Assembly (NCBI GenBank): GCA_964016885.1
Contig: OZ024743.1
Location: forward strand, 96,224,001-96,288,000
From: Eledone cirrhosa
Lineage: Eukaryota
DNA: 64,000 nt
Direction: 5' to 3'
This document shows positions 41,091-54,333 of the stretch, one piece after another (within the stretch, counting starts at the first letter, position 1; every line of letters starts with the position of its first letter). Both the position numbers and the translations under genes were made by a program. The notes beneath the pieces are model-generated. The model was not told the origin of the DNA. It worked only from the letters and a program-made list of their open reading frames with translations, and did not search any database.

Positions 41091-42249
41091 TTTTAAAGTT
41101 ATATAAGGATTGCCGTATTTTGATTCAAATATACTTAATTCATAATTTAATATAATTTTGTTACCTTTTGGCTGTTGTTGATCTCTTGCTGGGTGAAATG
41201 TCAGCATGCGACTAGTAGCCAATTGCAGATTGAATGTGATACTGTTGAGGCCAGTTGATTAGCCTTAATCATTGATATCTAGATAGAACTTGAACTCAGA
41301 ATGGAAAGTGTTGGAACAGATACAACATATTACTTTGTTTGATGCTCTCACAATTCCACTAGTCTTCCACATTTGCCTGGACTGGTATATTATTTATCAA
41401 CTCTGAAAGGAGGGAAAGCAAAGTTAACCTCAGTTGTAAGTGCTGGAATAAGCACTGCAAAGCATTACATTTGATACTCTAATGATTCTGCCAGTTCATC
41501 ACCTATACAATTATATTACAGTGTATCTTAATGTGATAAAAAAAATATTCCCTATCTTAATGTGATAACAAAGAAATTCCATATCTTAATATGATAAAAT
41601 GATATTCCATATCTTAATGCAATAAAATATCATTCTGTATCTTTATGTGATAAATTTATATTCTGTGTCATATGATATTCTGCAGCATAAATGTCATAAA
41701 AGAATATTTTGTATTTTAATGTTATAAACCAATATTCTGTGTTATAATACTCAGTATATCTTAATTGCCACTGATTTAATGTATTCTATTCTAACCTCTT
41801 CTTGCATACATTATCTATTCATATTGTGTCTCTTACCAGTGGAGTTATCTTCTTTGATAAATTTAACAAACAGAAAACAAAATTGACATTTCAATGTTTA
41901 ATATTAATCATAGAATCTGTTTAAGTTGTGTGCATCTGGTTTAAGGTATAGGTTTCTGATAAAATAAAGTACCAGTTCCATACTGAGGTTGATATCATCA
42001 GCTGTTTCCTTCCCACTAAATTTCGGGCTTTGTGTTTATATTAGGAATTATTATTGTTGTTATTATGTGTGACAAATGCACTTGCATTTACAGAGCTCCT
42101 ACTACGAAGGGGATTTCTTTCAGGAAAGTTTGCTACTGGAACAAACTCTACTCATCTAGTTCTAGAGGAGCTCCAAACTGAAGATACGCCTCATGGTGGG
42201 CTTCTGTAAACTAAAAGAAGACAATAATGGTCTAAGGAAGAGTTTAAGA

Positions 42250-43460
42250 GTGTCGTGGAAACATTTTTCATTGTTCTACTGAACCCTACAACATCCCTGG
42301 CATCAATAAACTGTCCAATGTCAGGCTTTACATCATTCAAATCCTCAAACTAACTTATCTAGAACTAAAGAACATTAAAACAATTATCTGAGAGACAACA
42401 AACCATGGGAAAACCTAAAAAACAAAGTTATGGAATCAGTGGAAGCAAAGAATAGAAGGTAACATTAAAATTGTGTAAATACTTCGGCAGAGATGATAGT
42501 TGCCATAGAGATGTGTGAAGAAGGGGGAGGGAAGACACACTGACTTAGAGAACTTGGCCTATAAATGGTTATGGAAAGGGTTAGACAAGGAATAAATGAG
42601 TACAATACTTCAATGATAAACACAAATAATGTTTCAGTTCCAAAGAACAGACTATTTGAAAGCAATCAAAAGAAATTCTTCTTAAAGCCTAGCAAGTGAT
42701 GGTGTTAAAGATTTACCTTTTGATCCATATGACGCTGTGATCTTCTGGAGTGACCTATGGGGAACTAGATTAGTGATAACTGGAGACAGCTTGAACTGTA
42801 ATCTTCTGGAGTGACCTATGGGGAACTAGATTAGTGATAACTGGAGACAGCTTGAACTGTGATCTTCTGGAGGAGTGACCTATGGGGAACTAGATTAGTG
42901 ATAACTGGAGACAGCTTGAACTGTGATCTTCTGGAGTGACCTATGAGGAACTAGATTAGTGATAACTGGAGACAGCTTGAACTGTGATCTTATGGAGTGA
43001 CCTATGGGGAACTAGATTAGTGATAACTGGAGACAGCTTGAACTGTGATCTTCTGGAGTGACCTATGGGGAACTAGATTAGTGGGAACTAGATTAGTGAT
43101 AACTGGAGACAGCTTGAAGATGTACTTAAACAGAAACCAGTTACAATCAGTAATAGCACTTCAATATGCTGGCTCAAAGATTACAAACTGGAAAACTCCA
43201 CGACCAGACTGTTGCTGGATTAAGTATTTTAACACGTTGCATAATAATTATTGGTATCAGTCTTTATGAATGTATTGCACAGAGTGGGGTGCCAAGCTAA
43301 ACTGTTGAAGGCTGGACCACTCTTATTAGGAAGGACACTACAAAAAGTCCCTTAGGTGGAAATTACAGACTTATCGCCTTTTTAAACAACCTTTGGAAAC
43401 TGTCAATTGGAATACTGTCTGAGAAAATGTACATTCACCTATTACTCAACACATTTTAAT
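42250..43460 (+). mobile_element. Degenerate R4/Dong-like LINE fragment (pre-RT region to RT start)
   Basis: NRLFESNQKKFF, FWSDLWG, NWKTPRPD..WIKYFNTLH and GNYRLIAFLNNLWKL. Confidence 0.7.
42736..43117. repeat. ~61-bp minisatellite (~6 copies) within the LINE fragment
   Basis: Unit gatcttctggagtgacctatggggaactagattagtgataactggagacagcttgaactgt. Confidence 0.92.
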
Positions 43461-43519
43461 TGTCACAGAAATAATGCCACAAGGGTATAAACAACAGTAA
43501 ATGTCCTTGCAAAGTGTTT

Positions 43520-44610
43520 AAATTGATAATCTGATGAAATGTTTTCTCTTTATGGTCCTTCATTATTATATTAGGTCTGTTGGCCTTGATTGTTCTGTCA
43601 GTATTCATAGGGAAATACCAGAGGATTGTCGCGTCCTGCCTCCTGTAACTGCATTTGAGTGATGGTTGTACCATTTTCCCCCCATTTTCACACCATAATA
43701 CCTGTACGTTATCCAGTGTAAGAAATGTCTCTTTCTATCATGCCTCCTTTTATATTCCTGGGCAGCTAATACCTTGCAGCCTGAAACCAGGTGGTCTATC
43801 GTCTCAACATACTCATCACAGGATCGACACTTTTGGTCAGTTCTATTTCTGATCACATTGGCTTGAAAGTTACACGATGAGATACTTTTTTTGTGCAGCC
43901 AAAATAAAGCCTTCATTCTTTGGCTTTAGCCTAGAACTCCGTAGCCACTGATGGTTGAGAGTTTGGTCTACATCAGTTTATTTGCTATGGAGAACATACT
44001 GCCTATGCCATGGTTTTTGCTCCCATTTAGTGCACAGTCTCTGTTGACCTTCATATTTTGCCAACACTTTGATATTCTTTGTGGCTTTAATTGCAGAATC
44101 GCCATTATTATTTTCAAACTGTATTTCCCAGTTCTTCCATAAACTTCCTACTTTCCTTTGTGACTGAATGTAACATCTTCCTTCCTTCGTTGTGACAATT
44201 TTCATCATCTAGTCATCTGTGGTTTTAAGGTTCTGATTAAGTCCAATCGTCGATATCCTGTATGAAATCTCTAGCTGGGTCGTTCCTCTACCTCCATTTT
44301 GACTAGGGAGACAGAGGCGGTCCACATCTTCTGTTGGGTAATGTGTTCTATTACAGGACAAAAGTTTCCTGATTTTGGTGTCCATTCTCTTAATTTCATT
44401 AACGTTCCAATTTATAATATTGAAACTGTAGGTGACAACAGGGATTGTAAGTGGATTTATGGCAGATAATTTATTTCTTGAGTTAAGCTCTATTTTCATG
44501 ACATCACATACTCTCCAGTAGCATTCCTGCCTGATTCTCTCTTTCATGTTGCCATGGTGAATACCTTGGCCTTCATTCATCCCTAGATATCCATAGACTT
44601 CTTTTTGTTA
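43520..44610 (-). mobile_element. Degenerate R4/Dong-like LINE 3' part (thumb, CCHC, RLE)
   Basis: MDTKIRKLL..GGRG, CRSCDEYVETIDHLVSGC..YKRRHD and ILWYFPMNTDRTIKANRPNI. Confidence 0.85.
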
Positions 44611-44665
44611 CTGTATTCACATCTATTATTATCATTATTTAAACCTATAGTAGAAATCATTATTA

Positions 44666-45893
44666 TTGGTGGATTGGCAGTATTGGTAGAGGGTTGGACA
44701 CCATGATTGGCAGTATTGGTAGAGGGTTGGACACCATGATTGGTAGTATTGGTAGAGGGTTGGACACCATGATTGGCAGTATTGGTAGAGGGTTGGACAC
44801 CATGATTGGCAGTATTGGTAGAGGGTTGGACACCATGATTGGCAGTATTGGTAGAGGGTTGGACACCATGATTGGTAGTATTGGTAGAGGGTTGGACACC
44901 ATGATTGGCAGTATTGGTAGAGGGTTGGACACCATGATTGGCAGTATTGGTAGAGGGTTGGACACCATGATTGGTAGTATTGGTAGAGGGTTGTACACCA
45001 TGATTGGCAGTATTGGTAGAGGGTTGGACACCATGATTGGCAGTATTGGTAGAGGGTTGGACACCATGATTGGTAGTATTGGTAGAGGGTTGGACACCAT
45101 GAGTGGCAATATTGGTAGAGGGTTGGACACCATGATTGGTAGTATTGGTAGAGGGTTGGACACCATGATTGGCAGTATTGGTAGAAGGTTGGACACCATG
45201 ATTGGCAGTATTGGTAGAGGGTTGGACACCATGATTGGTAGTATTGGTAGAGGGTTGGACACCATGATTGGTAGTATTGGGAGAGGGTTGGACACCATGA
45301 TTGGCAGTATTGGTAGAGGGTTGGACACCATGATTGGCAGTATTGGTAGAGGGTTGGACACCATGATTGGCAATATTGGTAGAGGGTTGGACACCATGAT
45401 TGGCAGTATTGGTAGAGGGTTGGACACCATGATTGGCAATATTGGTAGAGGGTTGGACACCATGATTGGCAGTATTGGTAGAGGGTTGGACACCATGATT
45501 GGCAGTATTGGTAGAGGGTTGGACACCATGATTGGTAGTATTGGTAGAGGGTTGGACACCATGAGTGGCAATATTGGTAGAGGGTTGGACACCATGATTG
45601 GCAGTATTGGTAGAGGGTTGGACACCATGATTGGCAGTATTGGTAGAGGGTTGGACACCATGATTGGCAGTATTGGTAGAGGGTTGGACACCATGAGTGG
45701 CAATATTGGTAGAGGGTTGGACACCATGATTGGTAGTATTGGTAGAGGGTTGGACACCATGATTGGCAGTATTGGTAGAGGGTTGTACACCATGATTGAT
45801 AGTATCGGTAGAGGGTTGGACACCATGATTGGCAGTATAGGTAGAGGGTTGGACACCATGAGTGGCAGTATTGGTAGAGGGTTGGACACCATG
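44666..45893 (+). repeat. 33-bp minisatellite (~37 copies) derived from the SINE A 5' end
   Basis: Unit gattggcagtattggtagagggttggacaccat corresponds to the start of SINE A and continues into the rest of the SINE. Confidence 0.96.
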
Positions 45894-46050
45894 CTTTGAT
45901 GCATAGAGTTACGGCCCTTTATGGTCTGAGTTCAAATCCCGCCGAGGTTAACTTTGTCTTTCATCCTTACGGGGTCGATAAAATAAAGTACCAGTGATGT
46001 ACTGGGATAATTGCTGGCCTTTTGCCAAAAGTAAAAACAATTATTATTAT
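45860..46050 (+). mobile_element. SINE family A body completing the 33-bp array
   Basis: B box gagttcaaatcc and the consensus 3' end. Confidence 0.9.
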
Positions 46051-46706
46051 TACTATTATTTTTATTATTGTCATCATCTTTATCATCACTGTTATTGTTA
46101 TCATTAGATGAAAATGAAATTCTGCTTAACATAAAACCGAGTTTATCATGTACCAAAGATATTGTTATTTTTGTATTTTTCTGCAAGTTGAACAGAATTG
46201 TATAAAGTTCAAGTTAAAATAAAGAAGATTTTGTCATTATGTTTGTTTGTGTATATTATCTTTTATTTATTTACATTCTGTTGAAACATTAATGCTGTCA
46301 GCTCTTGAAATACATTTATTTTATCTATTATGGCAAAATATATTCTGTTGATAAGAGAAACAGAAGCACTATTGTAAGTGCTATTTGCACTGCAGGAGAA
46401 TGTCTTGAAATAATCCATGTATTAAATGAAATTCCCGACGACTGTTTTTCTTTTTTCAAAATATGGTATAACGATTTTAAAGAAATTTTAATATCTTCAT
46501 CAGGAAACTATTGTAGCTAGGTTAAATAATACACATAGACATACAGTCAGAGGCATAAAGAAACACAAAGGTACATACCAATACAAACACACTCAAAAGC
46601 TCACGTTTAGGCATACAAACTTTTATATATATATATATATACATACATTTGTATATTTAATTATACATTCACACATATACATATAATTGTTAGACCACAC
46701 ACACAT

Positions 46707-46738
<32 letters not shown>

Positions 46739-46744
46739 GTTAGA

Positions 46745-46836
<92 letters not shown>

Positions 46837-46870
46837 AGTAAGAATATTTTTGAAACAGCGAGTCAGTTTG

Positions 46871-46986
46871 AAATTATAAATGTAAGCTATCGCCGTATTT
46901 TGACTAAAGAAATTAAAGAAAATTATTTAGCCTGATAATTTTCTTTAATTTCTTTAGTCAAAATACGGCGATAGCTTACATTCATA

Positions 46987-46990
<4 letters not shown>
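46871..46990. repeat. ~120-bp near-perfect hairpin between (TA)n tracts
   Basis: aaattat..aatgtaagctatcgccgtattttgactaaagaaattaaagaaaattat paired with its reverse complement around an 8-nt loop. Confidence 0.88.
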
Positions 46991-47059
<69 letters not shown>

Positions 47060-47113
47060 ATTTGCATTCGTTAGCTTCGCCGCAATCTAAGGCTTCGTTA
47101 ATGCTGTATTAAA

Positions 47114-47153
<40 letters not shown>

Positions 47154-47207
47154 CGTTTCTGAATTTGTTTAACAAGATTCTTTATCTGAAAACGTGTGTT
47201 GAAACCG

Positions 47208-50200
47208 ATATTGTTATACTTTGGGAGGGTCATTTTGCCAATAAGAAATACACGCATCAGTTACTTTCACATCAACAACAACACACACACATTCTATGCC
47301 TCTCACAACCACCACAATCTTAACATACACACCGACACAGAAAACAGATAATGACAGTAACACATAAATAAGGGAAGGTAATAGGATTGAAAGGAGAAGG
47401 GAGACTATCAATACTGACATAGAAAATAACCAGGACGAACACACAGACACACAAAATAGAGTAGATAATAATGAGCCAGAGGAAAGAGACAGGAGTAATA
47501 ATGAGAGACATAGAAACAATCATGAGGCTGTTGGTGGAAATAGAAATAGAAACAACACAATTAACAATAACAATAGCAATAGTACACATAAAGCAGCAGC
47601 CTGGAACTCTACTTTTGATAATCCTTCCGATAAGTCTTTCGACCTGCGACAAGTCCACGTCACGACTTTAGCTTTTAACAAACGCACGCAATTGCCGTCG
47701 CAGGTCGATGAACAAACAGAAGCACAATTTAGTATAGCTAGATCTAAAGTTAGAAACATTATAGAACAGTATAGTAGGAAGCAAAATAGAATCGAGGCCC
47801 AGCAACTGGGAGAAAAATCTGCAAATGGCTTGCGTAAGCTCATGCAGCGCTCGCGTAATGGAGAGATTGCATGCTTTCCAACAGACAAGTCTGGCAGAAT
47901 GTCGGTTGACAGTCTGTCAAACTACATCCAGGCAATGCAACCCCACATCACTAACACAAGAGAAGTAACACCACAAGAGCATTAGGATAGGGAAAAAACC
48001 CTCAATACCCATATGATGATGTGGACAAACATAATGCAACCCAACAAAAGGACTGCCAACAACTTCCAGGCCTGGAACAATGACGTGCCAGCATTGTATG
48101 GGCTTCGAAAAGACCATAAAACGAGCAGTGACCCTGTCACAGGACCACCAACATGGCCAGTCTGTGGAGCTAACATTGCTAGTAACTACAGACTGTCCTA
48201 CTTCCTCTCCCTGATCATACGCCCCATCATTGAAATGTCCCCAGATATATGTGACAGCACGGAGGACCTCCTCAGCAGAATCAGCGAAGTTAACCGATCT
48301 AGGGACCTAACAAACTGCATAATAGGCAGTATGGATGTTGTGTCCCTATATCCATCTATTGACGTGGATTTTGCTGTGGAGAAATGCGTAGAAATGATCA
48401 GTGAGAGCAATGTTGAATTCCGTGGGATTGATACCAGTGAGCTGGGACTCCTACTTAAACTTACCTATAGTAATAATTATCTAGATACATATGACCTTAG
48501 CAACATGTGCCCTACAAGACCAGCAAGAGGCAGAGCACCTACCATTACCTCAATGGCCAAGAAAACCCACACAGATAGATGGAACGGGTGGACCAGAGTC
48601 ATACGGACCCCCGAAAACCACGATGAACTAAAGAAAATGATTGCACATGCGGTGGGGGCCAGTATAAAATTAACCCTTAAGGAACATATGTTCAAATTTA
48701 ATGGAAAAACATATGCCCAAGAGAAGGGAGTAGCCATTGGTGTTAGCATTGTAGGTGACATAGCTAACCTTTTCATGGTATGGTGGGACAATAAACTTAA
48801 ACTTAAACTTAAAGAATAATTAGAAGACAGCAACCTCTTAACCCTGATAATGTACTCCCGCTACGTTGATGATATAAACATCGTAGTAAAAACACCCCCA
48901 CTAGAGAACAGTCAGGAATTAGAGAAAAACACCATGGAAAGCATCCAGCAAATAGCTAACTCCATCCACCAGAGTATTAGAGTTACTATAGAATACCCAA
49001 GCAAACACCCCAACCATCGATTACCTGTACTAGACACAGAGCTCTGGTTAGATACTATCAATAACAAAAAACAGATCCTCCATTCCCACTATGCCAAACC
49101 TATGACTTCCAAATATCTGATCCTACCGAAACTCAGCTGTTTTGGACCACACCAAAATCAACATACTGATTTCGGATGTGGTACGGGTGATGAGAAACGT
49201 GTCCCGCATGTGCAACCCCAAAGAACTAGAGAGACACATACAACACTTCATCCACCGTATGCAGTTCTCTGGTTACAATCAGAGAGATAAGATCAGAGTA
49301 TATAGAGGAGCCAGCACCAAATGGGAAAAAATGGTAAATAATGATACAAATGGGACCTGCCCCTTTTATAGGAGCAAATTTTGGAATAGAATAGAAAGAA
49401 CTAGGAAAAAGGTTAATAGAATAAACTCATGGTATGATAGCAATAAATACCAGAGTGTAATGTTCATCAATACAACCCCTAGAGGTGAATTAGCTTACAA
49501 ATTCAGAAGGGCCCTAGATAAACATAAACTCAATATTAAGATAGTAGAAAGACCAGGTACCTCCATAAAAACACTTATTAGCAATACATACCCTTTTCAA
49601 AGACATCCCTGTATAGATAAGAAATGTATAATCTGTAAACTAAGCCCCCATATTAACTGTAAAACTAGAAATGTAGTATATAGCATAAGATGTACTGAAG
49701 GACAATGTAGAGATAAGAATATAGTGTACATAGGTGAGACAGCTCGTAGTATAGGAGAACGGATAAATGAACAGTGGCAAGACCTTCAAGATAGTAAAGA
49801 ATCATCTGTACTCTACCAACCTGCTAAAATAGAACATAAGGGTAAATTAGAGAACATAGAAATAAAAATAGAATCTACACACAGAAAAGACGTAATGTTT
49901 AGACAAATCACAGAGGCAATAAACATAAATGAACTCCAACCTAAATTAAATAGAAAGCATGAATGGAATAGCAACATCTAAACTTACAATTAAGGACAAA
50001 ATCAAAACACACACACACATAGAACAAACAACCAACCAGTAATATGTAAATAAACAAATAAACAAACAAATATAAACACACACAGACACCCGGATGTAAC
50101 ACATGCGCAAACTAAGCACACAACACACACAAAAACAAGATGGCGTAGGACAGAACAAAGGAGAGGCACAAAAACAAAGAAAAGAATCCCCAGTCACTGA

Positions 50201-50389
50201 AGAGGTCACAGAATGTGTGACGAAAGAACTTTGACAATATATGAACAATCGTCTGGTTGTGGAACCAACCAACCAACCGGAAATTTATAAATTCCTAAAT
50301 TTATGAATTTAATTTATAATAAATTGAAATGAAAGCAACTGGTGCGTGTGTTTCTTATTGGCAACATGACCCCCCCCCCCCCAAAGTAT

Positions 50390-50397
<8 letters not shown>
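47208..50397 (+). mobile_element. Penelope-like element of a different family (RT + GIY-YIG), inactivated, with ~65-bp inverted termini
   Basis: TDKSG, LYGLRKDHK, SMDVVSLYPSI, YSRYVDD, LPVLD, NVVYSIRC..YIGETARSIGER and QITEA. In-frame stops near 47983 and 48817 and a frameshift near 49140. 47208-47270 is inverted at 50330-50397. Confidence 0.92.
50193..50235 (+). ncRNA. Minimal hammerhead ribozyme in the Penelope 3' region
   Basis: GTCA-CTGAAGA-G-GTCACA-GAATG-TGTGAC-GAAA-GAAC-TT-TGAC. Stem II has 6 bp and stem I is GTCA/TGAC. Confidence 0.65.
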
Positions 50398-50451
<54 letters not shown>

Positions 50452-51033
50452 TAAAATAACAGATAAAAGTTTAGCAAAGAATCGCTACTTTCACCCTTAA
50501 CGGGATCTTCTGAAACTAACAAAGTCAATCTGTGAACGCAGAAGTGAATATTTCAAAAAACGTTGCAACCGGAGGAAGACAGGAAGACGATAGTTTGGTT
50601 CGTGGAAACGTTTCCTGGCAAAGAACGGGAAAAAACGAATATAATACGTCATTATTTGGAGCGATGAAAAACAATTACACGCAAAGACAAAACCACGTTT
50701 ATGGTATAAAAGAAGTCGTAGACTAATATTCTATTAGGTGGTTCATAGAGACGTTCTCTAGCAATGAACGGAAAAACGAAGATAATACGTCATATGTGGA
50801 CTGTGGAGAACAATTGCACGCAAAGAAAAAACCACGTAAATAGTATAACTGAAGTCGTAGACTATAATTCTAACTATGAGACCGAACGATTCTCGGCTCC
50901 AGAGTTAAGAATAAAGTAAATAAAATACAGAGGTAACAGAGATTAAATAAATACATACACGCAACCATATACGTACATACACAAGCATACGCGAAAACAC
51001 TCGCCATAGGTATACAAATACACGCACATATAA

Positions 51034-51072
<39 letters not shown>

Positions 51073-51852
51073 ATTTATATATATGTATATATATATATAT
51101 TATTTGTATATAAATGCTAGTCTTTTGGATATCACCTTCTCTTAAATTGTTTCAAAGTATTTTTCTATTCATATTGTTATTTTGTATGTGACCCCACCCT
51201 CCTTGTTTAAGTGGTCGGTATATTTTATCTGTATCAGTTTTGATGTTGTGACGTTGGAATATGGTGTAACTTCAACTGATTTTCCCAAACATAGTAAAAA
51301 TTATTCAACAGCCACATGCATAAATTAAGTTACTGTTGCACCACTACAATAAGTACCATATCCTGCTAACTCTTAATTACACTGAAAGAGAGTTGTTTGG
51401 GGAGAAACACCAATGTTTCCCCACTAAATATATCCTACAATACTAAAGCCATTATCTACCAAGCAGGGGTTTAAAAATCAAATCCCACCCAAGGCAATTC
51501 TATGAATGACCAGAGAGTAGAATTGGCCTCATGCAAAGCCTCTCTTAAAAAATGTTCAAGTACAGGCATTGCTTGATATGTGACATATTTTGCGATGCAT
51601 AGCATTGCTGGCCATAGGCCGGTCCCTAGTATGACTAAAAAGCCACGTTCGTGATACTCTTGCTTAAGTATTGAGTGATGGCATTACTTGAAATTGAGTT
51701 GCAGCCATCATCATGTGTGTGTGTATATGTATGCATGTATATGTATGTATGTGTATGTATATGCATGTATATATATATGTATATATGTGTGTATGTGTAT
51801 ATATATATGTATGTATATATATATATGTATATATATGTGTATATATATATGA

Positions 51853-51976
<124 letters not shown>

Positions 51977-52158
51977 ATCTACCAAAATATACTGTAGTGT
52001 CCAATCCATATGAAGAACTCAATGTAATCCAAATATCATGAAAAGAGATGTATTCAAAAAATTTTTCGATGAAAATCACAGGAAAACAGAGTCAAGATAA
52101 ATTAATAAAAACAATGAATAAAAACAAAGAAACAGTTCCTTATATGAAAAAATTCATC

Positions 52159-52282
52159 ATTTTACGATCGTTTCTAGGATATATATGTGTTGGTATGTAT
52201 ATCATATAGATCTATGTAAACATTTTACAAACTATCAGAGGGAATAAACATACCTACACATATATATGCTGTCTTCAGAAAT
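52159..52282 (-). ncRNA. Hammerhead motif with extended stem II (left arm)
   Basis: ATTT-CTGAAGA...tatatatgtgt/acacatatata...GAAA-CGATCG-TA-AAAT. Confidence 0.6.
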
Positions 52283-52522
52283 AATGATATTTGTTTATTG
52301 AAAAAAACCAACAAAGATTTAATATAATAGGTCTGTTTGGGAACAGGTTTTGAATTGACCAATAGAAGAGTAGTAAGTGGTCAAGTTGATAGAATAGTAG
52401 TAGTAGAAATTTACTTTAGGGGTAGAGGAATGCAGACTTCAGTTTTGAATGAAAAGATTACTTTGGGGATGAAAAGAGTTCAAGCCGGTGAAAGATACAC
52501 GAAAATTTGATGTTATTAAAGA

Positions 52523-52701
52523 ATAATTGTTTCTACTTTTGGCACAAGGCCAGTAATTACCCAGTGCATTACTGGTACTTTATTTTATCGACCCCGTAAG
52601 GATGAAAGGCAAAGTCAACCTCGGCGGGATTTGAACTCAGATCGTAAAGGGACGTAACTATGCTGGAAAGCATGGCGTCCGACCCTCTACTGATGCTGCC
52701 A
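52523..52701 (-). mobile_element. SINE family A inserted in the left arm
   Basis: Absent from the equivalent position of the right arm (~53035). Confidence 0.92.
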
Positions 52702-53307
52702 AATGCTAATGTTAAAATCGAAGGAGAATAAAATTTTAGGATAAATGTGTTAGTGAGAAATACCAATCTTATTTAAAACATAAGGAATTTAGATCTATAA
52801 AAAGAAATTAAATTAATTTAATTGATAGGTATACTTATAGGGATAAATTTATATTAATTCATATAGATGTGATAAATATGAATTAATATAAATTTATCCC
52901 TATAAGTAAACCTATCAATTAAATTAATTTAATTTCTTTTTATAGATCTAAATTCCTTATGTTTTAAATAAGATTGGTATTTCTCACTAACACTTTTATC
53001 CTAAAATTTTATTCTCCTTCGATTTTAACATTAGCATTATTCTTTAATAACATCAAATTTTCGTGTATCTTTCACCGGCTTGACCTCTTTTCATCCCCAA
53101 AGTAATCTTTTCATTCAAAATATTCTTCCATTCAAAACTGAAATCTGCATTCCTCTACCCCTAAATTAAATTTCTACTACTACTATTCTATCAACTTGAC
53201 CACTTACTACTTTTCTATTGGTCAATTCAAAACCTGTTCCCAAACAGACCTATTGTATTAAATCTGTGTTTTTTCAAAATCTGTGTTTTTTCAATAAACA
53301 AATATCA

Positions 53308-53410
53308 CGCCGAGGTTGACTTTGCCTTTCATCCTTACGGGGTCGATAGAATAAAGTACCTGTAATGCACTGGGTAATTGCTGGCCTTGTGCCTAAAGTA
53401 TAAACAATTA
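53308..53410 (+). mobile_element. 5'-truncated SINE A inserted in the right arm
   Basis: Absent from the equivalent position of the left arm (~52283). Confidence 0.88.
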
Positions 53411-53533
53411 TTTCTGAAGACAGCATATATATGTGTAGGCATGTATATTCCCTGTGATAGTTTGTAAAATTTTTACATAGATCTATATGATATACATACC
53501 AACACATATATATCCTAGAAACGATCGTAAAAT
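53410..53533 (+). ncRNA. Hammerhead motif with extended stem II (right arm)
   Basis: CTGAAGA at 53414, GAAA at 53518, palindromic ACGATCGT, GUA at 53527-53529. Confidence 0.6.
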
Positions 53534-53592
53534 GCTGAATTTTTTCATATAAGGAACTGTTTCTTTGTTTTTACTCATTGTTTTTATTAATT

Positions 53593-53679
<87 letters not shown>

Positions 53680-53682
<3 letters not shown>

Positions 53683-53962
53683 GGCATGTGGCCTAGTGGT
53701 AAGGGTGTTTGACTTACGATCATAATGTCGTGGGTTCGGTTCCTGGGCTGCGTGTTGTGTTCTTGAGCAAAACACTTCATTTCACGTTGCTCCACTATAC
53801 TCAGCTGGAAATGAGTACCAGCAATAGCTGGGGGTTTAACCCTGCGATGGACTGGCTTCCTGTCCAGGGGGGAGTCCTGTAGTCTCAATCGCTTCACGCC
53901 ATGAAACCGGGATAAGTACCGGCCAAATGAGCCTTCTGGCTTAAGTCAGACTTTAGACTTTT
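53680..53962 (+). mobile_element. tRNA-derived SINE (family B-like head and core, different tail)
   Basis: TGGCCTAGTGG A box, GGGTTCGGTTCC B-box-like motif, ttcttgagcaaaacactt core and cctgcgatggactggc tail. Confidence 0.8.
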
Positions 53963-54059
53963 TAGATATATGTATATGCTAGTGTGGAAAAATGGACGTT
54001 AAACATTGATAATGATGATGATGATGATGATGATGATGATATATATGTGATATATGTGT

Positions 54060-54115
<56 letters not shown>

Positions 54116-54333
54116 CTACCTTTTTCTCCGTCCGTTGAGAACAACCCTGTTGCTCTACTTGGCTGCTATTTTTTTAGTAGTAATTGTAGACAGCAAGTCT
54201 TTGATTTTCCCGCTTTTACTTCGGTCCAGTTTACATACGGGTCAATTTTACGACCTTTCAGACCTTTATTAGCTGGCAGGAGGTTGTATATTTTGTCGTT
54301 CCTGGGACGTTTAGCCCTAGGAAGGGAAAATGC

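Larger units (their letters stand above)
52100..53592. mobile_element. ~1.5-kb fold-back element: two inverted arms, each with a hammerhead and each with its own SINE insertion
   Basis: 52100-52863 is the reverse complement of 52876-53592 apart from the SINE inserts. The apex is near 52870. Confidence 0.92.

Noticed and set aside
44663-45904. 413-aa and 401-aa repeat ORFs
   Set aside because: A 33-bp SINE-derived unit that is open by chance.
47692-49981. Selenocysteine or stop-readthrough recoding in the Penelope ORF
   Set aside because: The interruptions are TAG, TAA and a frameshift, not in-frame TGA, which indicates ordinary decay.
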